A stretch of DNA of 64,000 bases from Planctomycetota bacterium. GTDB lineage: Bacteria > Planctomycetota > UBA1135. Below the pieces are notes generated by a model. The model was given only the letters and a program-made list of their open reading frames with translations, was not told the origin of the DNA and did not search any database. The stretch is from NCBI GenBank assembly GCA_008501825.1, contig QQUA01000026.1, positions 7,824-71,823 on the forward strand, in the 5' to 3' direction. The position numbers and the translations under genes are program-made. Shown piece by piece: positions 30,085 through 39,497 of this stretch (positions are counted from its first letter, which is position 1; every line of letters begins with the position of its first letter).

Positions 30085-30684
30085 TTAATCTCCGCGCTGG
30101 ATCTGGCGGTGCAACCAGGCCCGAGCCACCGTCCAATCGCGTTCCGCCGTGGCAATGCTGATCTTCAATACATCAGCAGCTTCCGCCATCGTCATTCCGG
30201 TGAAAAACCTCAACTCGACCAATTTTGCTTGTCGAGGCGAAAAGCTCTCTAGCTGCCGCAAGGCTTCATCCAAGGCGAGCAGATACTCGTTTCTCTCATC
30301 GGCCCCGTCCAGTTGTTCATTAAAAGAAACCGGGCGGGCGCCAGCGCCCCGTTTACCGGCAGAACGACGCCGGGCTGCGTCAATCAAAACACGGCGCATG
30401 GCACGGGCGGCTACGGCCAAGAAATGCTGACGATTGTTCCACTCCCTGTTTTCGCCGGCGGTTAAGCGTAAGAAGGCTTCGTGCACCAAGGCGGTCGGCT
30501 GTAAGGTTGGGGAGCTCTTCTCTCGAGCCAAATAAAATCCCGCCATACGGTGCAATTCACTGTATAGGATTTCATAAAGCTCTCCCGCCACTTGCTCCTG
30601 CCCTTGGCTCAAGGCTTGCAGGAGCCGGGTTACTTCCGCAGCAGGAGGATGCGGATTGGGAGATTCCGGCTTTGGAGGGACCAT
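30085..30684 (-). CDS. ECF-type sigma factor, TIGR02999 / ECF43-like (kinase-associated type)
   Basis: VTRLLQALSQGQEQVAGELYEILYSELHRMA...LQPTALVHEAFLRL...RQHFLAVAARAMRRVLIDAAR...RQAKLVELRFFTGMTMAEAADVLKISIATAERDW is the characteristic TIGR02999-family layout. ATG at 30684 (MVPPKPES) preferred over the ORF start at 30828. Confidence 0.85.
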   Translation of the reverse strand: MVPPKPESPNPHPPAAEVTRLLQALSQGQEQVAGELYEILYSELHRMAGFYLAREKSSPTLQPTALVHEAFLRLTAGENREWNNRQHFLAVAARAMRRVLIDAARRRSAGKRGAGARPVSFNEQLDGADERNEYLLALDEALRQLESFSPRQAKLVELRFFTGMTMAEAADVLKISIATAERDWTVARAWLHRQIQRGD

Positions 30685-30805
30685 GGGAACGAACTTCCGA
30701 AAGCCATAAAAGGATAGCGAAAATTCCTGAGGGATGGGAAACCACGAATGCGCTGTTCTAAGGAGATGTACGGCTAAGCCGAAATCATCCTGACCAGGAA
30801 AACCC

Positions 30806-31912
30806 ATGAAACTCCTCCTCCCGCTCATTGTCTTAGCCCTTGCACCAGGCTTGGGTTCCCAAGTTCTTTTCCGGGCCGAATTGGACGGCGGTCAGGAAGT
30901 TCCCCCGGTAACCACCAGCGCGGCCGGATGGGCTTCCTTCCAATTAAACCCGGATTCCAGTTTGACTTACGATCTGCACGCGTGGGACCTGCAAGGTACC
31001 GCCGCCCACGTGCACATTGGAGCCGCCGGTCAAAATGGAGGCATTCTGATCCCACTGAACGGCGGGCCTACGGTGTGGTCCGGCACCTCGTCTCCATTGA
31101 GTGCAGCCGAGATCGACCTCCTTCGGACCGAAGGTCTGTACGTCAATGTTCATACTGCGGCCAACCCTGGAGGTGAGATTCGTGGACAATTGACCGCTTC
31201 CCCGAAAACTTTTGCAGCGACGATCGACGGCGGCCAGGAAGTTCCACCAGTATCGACCGCAGCCTCAGGCGTGGCCACCTTCACCTTGAACTCGGACGGG
31301 AGCCTGCAATACGAAGTCTCGGTAGCTTCCATGAGCGGCATCGCTTGCCACATCCACGCCGGAGATATCGGCAGCTCAGGTCCGATTTTGTTCGACTTAT
31401 CCGGCGGGCCGACTCTCTGGTCAGGAACTACGGTTCCCCTGACCGCCGACGAATTCAGTGAATTGCAGATGGGACGTCTGTACGTCAACGTTCACAGCAA
31501 CAACCATCCCGCCGGAGAAATCCGCGGGCAGATCCTGTCTACGGGGGCGGCCTACGGCCCAGCGTGCCCCCACCCTGGCGGCCAAGCCGCCTTGTTTAGC
31601 GAAGGAACTCCTAGAGCCGGCAACACCATAACTCTGCAAATCCAAGGTGGAATTCCGTCCAATTCCGGGATCCTTGCCGCTTCCCTGAACCCCTCCGGCG
31701 ACCTATTCCTGGGTTGTTCGAAGCTGGTGGCTTTGCCCACCGTGCAGCAACTTCCCTTCCCGTTGGATGGGTTGGGCAACGGAAGCCTCCCCATCCCCCT
31801 TCCCATGACAGCTCAGGATTTGGACGCTTACTTGCAGTTTTGGGCCAAAGATCCTTCTACCCAGCAATGGTACAACAGCAACGGATGGAAACTCCCCATC
31901 CGGGTTTACTGA
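30806..31912 (+). CDS. secreted CHRD-domain protein (two CHRD repeats plus the shared C-terminal module)
   Basis: Signal peptide MKLLLPLIVLALAPGLGSQ. Two CHRD repeats: LDGGQEVPPVTTSAAGWASF...AHVHIGAAGQNGGIL...LYVNVHTAANPGGEIRGQL and IDGGQEVPPVSTAASGVATF...CHIHAGDIGSSGPIL...LYVNVHSNNHPAGEIRGQI. Confidence 0.8.
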   Translation: MKLLLPLIVLALAPGLGSQVLFRAELDGGQEVPPVTTSAAGWASFQLNPDSSLTYDLHAWDLQGTAAHVHIGAAGQNGGILIPLNGGPTVWSGTSSPLSAAEIDLLRTEGLYVNVHTAANPGGEIRGQLTASPKTFAATIDGGQEVPPVSTAASGVATFTLNSDGSLQYEVSVASMSGIACHIHAGDIGSSGPILFDLSGGPTLWSGTTVPLTADEFSELQMGRLYVNVHSNNHPAGEIRGQILSTGAAYGPACPHPGGQAALFSEGTPRAGNTITLQIQGGIPSNSGILAASLNPSGDLFLGCSKLVALPTVQQLPFPLDGLGNGSLPIPLPMTAQDLDAYLQFWAKDPSTQQWYNSNGWKLPIRVY

Positions 31913-31990
31913 ACGATCGCGGATCGCGTGGCATCCCGGGCTTCCAGCCTTCCGCCGGGAGTCCGGGGGATTCAAGAAGGTTCGCAACCA

Positions 31991-34471
31991 ATGGATTGGA
32001 ATCACATTCAAGAACTGTTTCACCAAGCGCTGGCTAAACCTCCGCAGCAAAGAGAAGCCTTCCTTGAATCGGCTTGCCAAGGAAAGCGGGAAATTATCCA
32101 AGAAGTCCGCAGCCTGATTCAAGCTCAGGAAGGCATCCCCGGCTTTTGGGAGGAAACTGCATTTGAATTATTGGACCCGGAAGAATGGAAGTCTTTCGGC
32201 GGTCAAGCAGAGGCACATTTTCAGCCAACCGCGGGAGATCCGGTTGGTGCTTATCGCCTGATTCGAAAAATCGGCACCGGAGGAATGGGAACGGTTTGGC
32301 TGGCAAGCTCCGCGGAACAGCCGAGAGTAGCCATGAAATTCATACAGGCTGGAAATTTGGATTCCGCCACTTTATTGCGCTTTCGGCGGGAAACCCAAGC
32401 ACTTCGCTGTTTGAATCATCCATGGATCGCCCGTTGGTTGGATGCCGGTTCACTCGTGGACGGCCGACCTTACTTCATCATGGAGTACGTCGATGGAACC
32501 GATATCGTGCAAAACTGCCGGAGAAAGGGATTGAATTTGAATTCCACACTGCACCTGTTTCTGAAGGTTTGCTATGCAGTGCAGCATGCTCACCGGAATT
32601 TGATTCTGCATCGTGATATCAAGCCGAGCAATATTTTCGTCACCCCGGACGGCGAGCCGAAATTGCTCGACTTTGGCGTCTCCAAACTCCTGGAACCGGA
32701 AGGCGAAACGGCGGACAGCACCTGGACTGCCGCTAAGGGAACGCCGCTGACGCCGGAGTATTCCAGCCCGGAGCAACTTCGCGGAGAGAGTCTGACCACG
32801 GCAAGCGATATCTTCAGTTTGGGCATTCTCCTTTTTGAATTATTGGCACATGAACGGCCGTGGAAGTTTCAATCTCCCTTGCCGGGAGAGATGGCTAAAC
32901 AGTTGGAACAATCCCCGGCTCCTCCGGTATCCAAGACTCTGAATCATAATTCCCCGGCAACAAGGCCATTTAGAAAGAGAGCCTTGAAAGGAGACCTGGA
33001 CCGAATCGTGGCCAAGGCTCTGGCCCCGAAACCGGAAGATCGATACGATTCCGTTTCCGACTTGGCTCAGGATGTGGAGTGTTATCTCAAGGGATATCCC
33101 CTGGCCTCTCGTTCCGGCTACTTCAGCGCTTGGCTGGGCAGCTTCTGGAAACGCCACCGCCTTCAGGCAACGGCCGCGGCAATCGCCCTCTTCAGTTTTG
33201 TCGCCGCCTCCGGGTATTCGCTCATTCAATACCAAATTTCCAAAGCTGAGATCCGACGGGCGGACACGGTCTTGGAGTTTTTGTCCAATCTTCTTACCGA
33301 TTCGGATCCCTACGCAGGAGGCAACCCGGATCTGACCGTGGGAACTTTGCTGGAGCGAGGTGCGGAACAGATTGAGGCCGGCCTTGTGAAAGAACCTCAC
33401 GCCAGGTCCAGCCTTTTGGAAGTCATGGGGGTGGCTTTCACCAATCTTGGCCGGTACGAATTGGCACAAAACCTCTTACAGAGAGGATTGCATCTGAATA
33501 CGGAACTCTACGGGGCCAGGAGCCTACACACCGGTCAGGCATTACAGGACCTTGGTTTCCTGGCGTTTCAGCAGGGTCAATTCGAACTTGCGGAGGACTA
33601 TCTTCGCCGGGCGGCGGAGATTCTGGATCGTTACCAGGATTTGGATTCGAAAAGTTACGTCAATTGCCTGAATCACTTAGGTATGGCCCTTCGAGGAACG
33701 CACCAACTAAGGGCATCTGAAGAGTGGCACCGCCAGGCTTTGCTGCTGGACCGCAAATATCAAACCGGATTGTTTTCTCACATTGCCAATAACCTGGCTT
33801 CGGTGCTTTTTGAACAAGACCGGCTGCAAGAGGCCGAAACGCTACTTCAGGAAGCCATTCAACTGGAAAGCGGAGAAGCCTATGCCGATCGAAACCCCAA
33901 TTTGGCCACGAACTGGAATAATCTCGGCATGGTACTTTCCGCTCTCGGCGAGCATCCAAGAGCATGGCAAGCCTTTGAGCGCGCTTTGAATATTTTCCAC
34001 AAAGCCTTGGACCCTTCTCACCCGGAAATTGCGGGAGTTTATATGAATCAGGCCGGTTTAGCCTTCCAACAAGAAGACCTTGAACAGGCCGTAACCCAAC
34101 TCCAAAAAGCTGAGCAATTGTACCAGCGAGCCATCGAGGACCATCGCATCCAAGCCGACCACGGCGACGCCCAAAATTGCCGTACGAACTTGGCGGTGGC
34201 GCTGCATGCCCAGGGCCGACTGCCGGAGGCCATTTCCGCACTGGAAAGGGCGTTGGAAGCGTTTGCTAAATCAGTTCCCAAGTACAGAACCGCTCGGATC
34301 TGGCATCTCCACGGCCAGTGGCTCTTGGAATCGTCTCAAAAACAAAAAGCCGGCCAAAGCCTCGATCGGGCTTTGGCCTTGTACAGCATAGTCAGCTCGC
34401 CAGAGGACCCGGAATTTCAGCATTGCCAACAACTCCGTCAAACTCTGGACGAAGAGATGGATGGCGATTAG
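31991..34471 (+). CDS. Ser/Thr protein kinase with TM segment and C-terminal TPR repeats
   Basis: Kinase motifs GTGGMGTVW...VAMK, LHRDIKPSNIFV, LLDFGVSK, TPEYSSPEQ. TM segment AAAIALFSFVAASGYSLI. TPR-like repeats include NNLASVLFEQDRLQEAETLLQEAIQL and NNLGMVLSALGEHPRAWQAFERALNI. ATG at 31991. Confidence 0.85.
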   Translation: MDWNHIQELFHQALAKPPQQREAFLESACQGKREIIQEVRSLIQAQEGIPGFWEETAFELLDPEEWKSFGGQAEAHFQPTAGDPVGAYRLIRKIGTGGMGTVWLASSAEQPRVAMKFIQAGNLDSATLLRFRRETQALRCLNHPWIARWLDAGSLVDGRPYFIMEYVDGTDIVQNCRRKGLNLNSTLHLFLKVCYAVQHAHRNLILHRDIKPSNIFVTPDGEPKLLDFGVSKLLEPEGETADSTWTAAKGTPLTPEYSSPEQLRGESLTTASDIFSLGILLFELLAHERPWKFQSPLPGEMAKQLEQSPAPPVSKTLNHNSPATRPFRKRALKGDLDRIVAKALAPKPEDRYDSVSDLAQDVECYLKGYPLASRSGYFSAWLGSFWKRHRLQATAAAIALFSFVAASGYSLIQYQISKAEIRRADTVLEFLSNLLTDSDPYAGGNPDLTVGTLLERGAEQIEAGLVKEPHARSSLLEVMGVAFTNLGRYELAQNLLQRGLHLNTELYGARSLHTGQALQDLGFLAFQQGQFELAEDYLRRAAEILDRYQDLDSKSYVNCLNHLGMALRGTHQLRASEEWHRQALLLDRKYQTGLFSHIANNLASVLFEQDRLQEAETLLQEAIQLESGEAYADRNPNLATNWNNLGMVLSALGEHPRAWQAFERALNIFHKALDPSHPEIAGVYMNQAGLAFQQEDLEQAVTQLQKAEQLYQRAIEDHRIQADHGDAQNCRTNLAVALHAQGRLPEAISALERALEAFAKSVPKYRTARIWHLHGQWLLESSQKQKAGQSLDRALALYSIVSSPEDPEFQHCQQLRQTLDEEMDGD

Positions 34472-34899
34472 TCTCCCGTGCCTATGTAGCGATAATAAGC
34501 CTCAATGAATTCCCCACTTTGAGGGTCGTAAACCCGGACCGCATCTCCGGCATCCAATCGATCACCCCGCCCGGGTCTTCCGGTGCTCGCTTCTACGGCA
34601 GGAGCTGAAGTGGTGATCAGCAGATCCAGACGGCCGTCTACGTCGGTTGTTGGCGCCAGGAGATCCCCCCCACGAACTTGAACCACGACTTTGGTCAAAG
34701 GCGGGGCTCCGGAAAGTTGCAAATCCCACTTTTGTTCTACATCAGGGTGTCCGACATACTCCTTGTAACCACTCTTCAGGGTCACCCCGCCTTTTCTTCC
34801 CAACGCATCCCAATTCAAGCTGTTATGAGTGCGGCTTCCTCCAGCAGCCATCAAGGGGAGGAGGGAAAGCAAGAACAAGAGGCGAGGACGGATTCGCAT
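34468..34899 (-). CDS. small secreted hypothetical protein (paralog of 29553..29981)
   Basis: Signal peptide MRIRPRLLFLLSLLPLMAAGG. Homologous to 29553..29981. Its stop (34468-34470) overlaps the kinase stop (34469-34471). Confidence 0.6.
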   Translation of the reverse strand: MRIRPRLLFLLSLLPLMAAGGSRTHNSLNWDALGRKGGVTLKSGYKEYVGHPDVEQKWDLQLSGAPPLTKVVVQVRGGDLLAPTTDVDGRLDLLITTSAPAVEASTGRPGRGDRLDAGDAVRVYDPQSGEFIEAYYRYIGTGD

Positions 34900-35088
34900 G
34901 ACGCTTTATTGGCAGGAGCAAGAGGGCTGGGACAAGCTTCAGGAAGAATCAGCGCAAAAAAGCCCTCAGGACCCTCAATTCGGAGCCGATTTTCTGACGA
35001 CCCGGCCGGTGACAAGCCGTTGAATTCAGCTTATCCCAACATCCTTCGCCTGGTCAAATCGCCGGAGATTGCTTGAATACGCCTTCCT

Positions 35089-36543
35089 TCAGCCTTGGTC
35101 GTCCCACCGCATCGTCGTGGCATGTTGCAGTCCTACCAGCAGTTGCGCAAATTGAGCCAAACTGCGGATGCTTAGGAAGTGATCTCGAACCCGCTTGCGG
35201 GCTTGGCGTCCGTATTTCGCCGCAGTATCGGGATCGGCTAACAGCGCCTCCAAGGCAGCGGCGTATTCCTCTCGATCGGCAGGGTCTTGCAGCACCCAGC
35301 CGCATTCCTGATGCACCACCTGATCCTGAATCCCGCCCACGCCGGAAACTACCATCGGCCGGCCTTTCCACATGGCTTCCGAAACGGTCAGGCCGAATCC
35401 TTCCTGCATGCTTTTTTGAATGACGATGGTGGCGTGTCGCTGAAGCGCGTTGACCATGGCGGCATTTTCTTCCCGGTCGTCCATGGGCAAACTGGCCAAA
35501 TGGATGCGACTCCGGAAGTCGTTCGGCAATTGACGCCAAAGCTGAGTAACTTCCTGCAGAACTTCCGCGCCTTCAGGATCGTCCGCCACTCCGCGTACGT
35601 CAGGGCCGGCCAGCATCAAGTGGCTTTGCTCATCCCCACTTCGTTCGACGAAGCGTAGAAAACCGGCCAGGACACCGACCGGGTCTTTCAGGCGATCCCA
35701 ACGGGAGACTTGGAGCAACAAAGGGGCTTCCGGCGGAGGCGGCGAAGCGCCATCGGGAAGGTATGCCTTGCGGCGAACCTCGGCGATCGAACCGTGACTG
35801 CGGTGAAACACCGCCGGCTTGCGACTGGAAGCCGATCGAATCAGTCCAGAGACTTCCAAGATAGAACGAACCGTTTCTGGATCGAGGTCTTGGTTCTTGG
35901 GCGAAAACGGATCAATTGAAGGAGGAATGACGGCGATGGGTCGATCGGCAAAGCGCTTGGGCACGTAGGCTCGCCGCGAATAGATCAAATATTCGGCCGG
36001 CTCCAAAAACGGCTCAAGGAAATCCCATCCCCGCTCCACTTCCGGCGAGGTCCAATCACAACCAATGTGACAGCGCCACACGACTTTGGCGCCCTTTTCC
36101 ACCAAGGGCGCAGCCAAACCGGCGGTTTGCGGATCGTGCAGGATGACGAGGTCGCCGGCATTCACCTTGTCCACCACGTCCTGGGTAACCGACTGCAAAA
36201 TACGGCGGTAATACCTTTGCTCCTTCGAACCCAAGGGAGAGCCGTCGCCGCGGCTGCCGTGCAAGGCGTTGTGTAGGCGTTTGGTAATGGCGAAGAATTC
36301 CGGTGGGCCGGGCACCACGCCCCAGCGCACGTCGGCCCCGACGCTGTTCGCATACCCGACCAGGGATCGCAGCAGTTCCGCCACGCCGCCGCTGCTGTCA
36401 TTGGAATTCAGATTCCAAACCGTGCGTCCGGCCAAAGCGTGACGCCCTTCCGCCATTTGCCCCTGAAAGCGTTGCCAAGCTTCCTCGGGAACGATCCGAG
36501 CAAATGAGGCGATGGAAAGCTTAGGAATGTTTACAACCTTCAT
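35089..36543 (-). CDS. GT4-family glycosyltransferase, trehalose synthase (TreT)-like
   Basis: N-terminal VWNLNSNDSSGGVAELLRSLVGYANSVGADVRWGVVPGPPEFFAITKRLHNALHG resembles the TreT signature (VNST..GGGVAE...ARW.VI.G..EFF..TK.FHNALQG). The C-terminal half is GT1/GT4-like (SMQEGFGLTVSEAMWKGRPMV). ATG at 36543 has a gagggg SD-like element; an alternative ATG is at 36588. Confidence 0.65.
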   Translation of the reverse strand: MKVVNIPKLSIASFARIVPEEAWQRFQGQMAEGRHALAGRTVWNLNSNDSSGGVAELLRSLVGYANSVGADVRWGVVPGPPEFFAITKRLHNALHGSRGDGSPLGSKEQRYYRRILQSVTQDVVDKVNAGDLVILHDPQTAGLAAPLVEKGAKVVWRCHIGCDWTSPEVERGWDFLEPFLEPAEYLIYSRRAYVPKRFADRPIAVIPPSIDPFSPKNQDLDPETVRSILEVSGLIRSASSRKPAVFHRSHGSIAEVRRKAYLPDGASPPPPEAPLLLQVSRWDRLKDPVGVLAGFLRFVERSGDEQSHLMLAGPDVRGVADDPEGAEVLQEVTQLWRQLPNDFRSRIHLASLPMDDREENAAMVNALQRHATIVIQKSMQEGFGLTVSEAMWKGRPMVVSGVGGIQDQVVHQECGWVLQDPADREEYAAALEALLADPDTAAKYGRQARKRVRDHFLSIRSLAQFAQLLVGLQHATTMRWDDQG

Positions 36544-36958
36544 GATCCAAACCCCTCGCGCCAAACCCGAAGGCTCCTTCTTCTGCATCGGTTCAGATGG
36601 GCAAAATAAAAGCCTTATTCACGGATTTCCTTATTTCTTAACCCGATATTTACCCCTTGATATTCAGCCTATATAAACGAATGAATAGATGTCCAGGAAG
36701 GAATTGGGGCTTGGAGTTTATGGGCATTGCTTTTGTGGTCGCATTTGTGAACCTCCTATGAACCCTTTGGTGAATCTTGTAAGGAGGAGGGATGGCGGGC
36801 CTCCGACTGCTTCGGACCCAAGCCGGGAAGGCTCCAGCTTTGGCGCTGGAGCTCAGCATCCCTTCCCTGTTGCCGAACTCGCATAGGACAAGCGAACAGG
36901 CTGGGAATTAGACCCAAACCGAGAGCCAATAACAGGCCCTTGCGCCGATCTCGTTGCC

Positions 36959-38191
36959 TTATTCTTGCCAAAGCGATTGGCGGCCCCGGCGGGCGGCTCC
37001 CAAGGTCCAGACCCATTGCAAACCACCGGCGTAGTATTTTTGCATGCCAAGGCCGGGATTGCTGTGACTGAAGAAAGCCCGCAGAAAGTGATCCGGGGCG
37101 ATGCGGAAAGTGGCGAACAAGGAACGATAGGCCTCGGCGTCGTCAAAGGCCAAAGCCGGACGTTCGTTCCAGGACAACAAGCCGCCAACGGACCAGGATT
37201 CATTGAACCCGTATTCGTACATCAGCCATGAGCCGAGCTTGCGGTCCGAATCCACTCTGCGATTGCGATCCAGGTATTCAGCATCCTCGTACCAGAATTC
37301 TAGGCTGAAGTGCTCCCAGGCTTCGCCGTAAGCCGATTGGGTTCGATACTGAAAATCCACTCCGGCCAGGAATTGGCGCAATTCATCCCGCCGGGTGCGA
37401 TCGTCCAAACTTCCGGGAATCCCATCGGGATCGATGCGAGTGAATTGAACTCGATCGGGAGCCAGAAAGGCGCTGGTGCCCACGGTCCAAATCGTGCGCT
37501 CGTCCCATTCCCCGGAATATTCAAACCGGCCGTGGGCGGCCCAATTCTGCAGGCCGCGGCGGCCGGAAGAGGTCAGTCCGGAATCCTGATCCAAACCGTT
37601 TCCTTTGAGGTCCACGTCCTGTCCTTCGGCGTCGCCCGCCAATCCCACCGACCATCGGGCACGGCTGGATTCGGTTTCAAAAGCGTTGTGGACCTCGACT
37701 CCGGTCAAAGCCAGATTGCCGCCGAGAAAACTCCGGCGCACGCTGTCGTAATTCGGGGCCGGAAACTCGTGAGCGTAAACCCGATTCCAGGCTCCCAAAT
37801 CGGCATAGTACTTGCCGGCCCGAAATTGAAATCCTTCGGTCAAATCGGTGATCCAAGCGGCCCCCTCTCGCAACACCCAATCGCTTCCACCACCGCCATC
37901 GCTGAAATCCATCACCGCGTAAGCCCAGCCGACGTCCTGCAATTGGCCGGCTGCCTGGAATTGCAAGCTTCGCAAGCGCACTTGATTGAAGCGATCGAAT
38001 TGGTCGGCGCTGCTCCACTCCGAAATCAAGTCCATGGTCAAACCCAATTCCAAAGCTTCATACCAGGGCTTTTCCTCACGGGCCGGTCCGCTTTCCTGGG
38101 CGGCCGCAGCCATGGAACTGAAGACGACGCAACCCGCAGTCAGCAACATACGATGAAGCGGAAGGGAAGTGGCGAGGCGGAGTCGGGTCAT
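36959..38191 (-). CDS. putative outer-membrane beta-barrel/porin-like protein (hypothetical)
   Basis: Signal-like N-terminus (LLTAGCVVFSSMAAAAQE), then alternating aromatic/polar beta-strand-like composition throughout. No family recognised. Confidence 0.45.
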   Translation of the reverse strand: MTRLRLATSLPLHRMLLTAGCVVFSSMAAAAQESGPAREEKPWYEALELGLTMDLISEWSSADQFDRFNQVRLRSLQFQAAGQLQDVGWAYAVMDFSDGGGGSDWVLREGAAWITDLTEGFQFRAGKYYADLGAWNRVYAHEFPAPNYDSVRRSFLGGNLALTGVEVHNAFETESSRARWSVGLAGDAEGQDVDLKGNGLDQDSGLTSSGRRGLQNWAAHGRFEYSGEWDERTIWTVGTSAFLAPDRVQFTRIDPDGIPGSLDDRTRRDELRQFLAGVDFQYRTQSAYGEAWEHFSLEFWYEDAEYLDRNRRVDSDRKLGSWLMYEYGFNESWSVGGLLSWNERPALAFDDAEAYRSLFATFRIAPDHFLRAFFSHSNPGLGMQKYYAGGLQWVWTLGAARRGRQSLWQE

Positions 38192-38279
38192 GGTTTCGCA
38201 GCCGCCCAGGGTAGGAGCGGCCGGGTTCTTTGTTAACGTTCACTTTTCCTTGACCAAAAGGCGGGCAAGATAGGCGGTC

Positions 38280-39467
38280 ATGCCCCGCAAGCTCCGCCCT
38301 GAATCTCAATGTGTCCACGGCGGCGGTCGAGACGCCTCCCCCTACCACGCCGTGGTGCCGCCGATCTACCAAAGTGCCACCTTCCGCCTGGAACAGGACA
38401 ATCGGCCGGAAGCGACCCAGGGCAAAGGCCGACACTCGGTGATTTACTCCCGCTACACCAATCCGACATTGTGGCATTTGGAGGAGCAACTGGCGGCCCT
38501 GGAAGGAGCGGAATCGGCTTTGGCCCTTTCCAGCGGCATGGCCGCCTTGGCCTCCACGGTCATGGCTCTAAGCCGGCCGGGAGATTGGGTGGCGGCCTCC
38601 AAGGGCGGCTATGGCACCACCTCCCACTGGTTGCAGCACCATGCCGCCGCCACCGGCCGGGAAGTTCATTTGTTGCCGAATCTCGAGGTGGAAACCTTGG
38701 ATGCCGCCGGACTGAACGGAGCCGGCTTGGTGCTGGCCGAATCGATCGGCAATCCTCTGACCCAGGTAAACGATCTTCCCGCTTTGGCCCAGTGGGCCCG
38801 AGCCAAGGAAGCCAAGCTGATCGTGGACGCCACCTTCGCCAGTCCGGTGTTGCATAAACCCCTGGAGCTGGGAGCGGACCTGGTGGTCCACAGCGCCTCG
38901 AAATATTTGAACGGCCATAGCGACGTGATTGCCGGCTGCGTCGCCGGTTCCAAAGCCCTGATCGATACGGTGTGGGACTTCGCTCGAGTCCAGGGTTGCT
39001 GTCTCGATCCCCACGCCGCCTGGCTGTTGCAGCGGGGCATCCGCAGCCTGTCCTTACGCATGGAACGCATTTGTTCCAACAGCCAACGCCTGGCGGAGTT
39101 CTTGGAACGCCAGGACGAAGTGTCTTCGGTCGCCTACCCCGGCCTTGCGAGCCATCCTCATCATGCTCGGGCCGCCGCCCTGTTGCCCAAGGGAGCCGGC
39201 GGCATCCTGTCTTTTCACCTGTCGGGAGGCGACCGGCGGGCCGGCCTCTTCTGTCGCCACCTGCAATGGATTCAAGAAGCCACTTCCTTGGGTGGGGTAG
39301 AAAGTTTGATCTCGGCGCCGTGGAATACATCCCACGCAGGCTTTGAAACCGAAGAACGGCAAGCCATGGGCATCGGTCCTGGTTGTTTGCGATTGGCGGT
39401 CGGCATCGAACACGTCGAGGATTTAGAGCAGGACTTGCAACAAGCCTTGCAGGCGTCGGCATACTGA
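38280..39467 (+). CDS. Cys/Met-metabolism PLP-dependent enzyme (cystathionine gamma-synthase/beta-lyase family)
   Basis: CVHGGG...AVVPPIYQSATF N-terminus and PLP-lysine motif SASKYLNGHSDVIAG, about 395 aa. Confidence 0.85.
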   Translation: MPRKLRPESQCVHGGGRDASPYHAVVPPIYQSATFRLEQDNRPEATQGKGRHSVIYSRYTNPTLWHLEEQLAALEGAESALALSSGMAALASTVMALSRPGDWVAASKGGYGTTSHWLQHHAAATGREVHLLPNLEVETLDAAGLNGAGLVLAESIGNPLTQVNDLPALAQWARAKEAKLIVDATFASPVLHKPLELGADLVVHSASKYLNGHSDVIAGCVAGSKALIDTVWDFARVQGCCLDPHAAWLLQRGIRSLSLRMERICSNSQRLAEFLERQDEVSSVAYPGLASHPHHARAAALLPKGAGGILSFHLSGGDRRAGLFCRHLQWIQEATSLGGVESLISAPWNTSHAGFETEERQAMGIGPGCLRLAVGIEHVEDLEQDLQQALQASAY

Positions 39468-39497
39468 TAGAACCAAACAAACCCACAGAGCTAAGTC

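Noticed and set aside
36589-36958. 370-bp non-coding gap with AT-rich stretches and a perfect 8-bp hairpin (gctccagc-tttggc-gctggagc, 36831-36852). Checked for tRNA, SRP, 6S or riboswitch-like features.
   Set aside because: I could recognise no conserved ncRNA core motifs. The hairpin lacks a U-run on either strand. The region is most simply the promoter/leader of the TreT-like gene plus the 3' UTR of the upstream OMP gene. A cmsearch against Rfam would be needed to say more.
38192-38279. Looked for a second S-box or other riboswitch upstream of the Cys/Met PLP enzyme, and for leaders upstream of panB (40455-40532) and asnA (6729-6873).
   Set aside because: The leaders are too short (about 90 nt or less for the first two) and lack the GGAGGGAC/GGCCCGA/GGUGCCAA core or any other motif I recognise.
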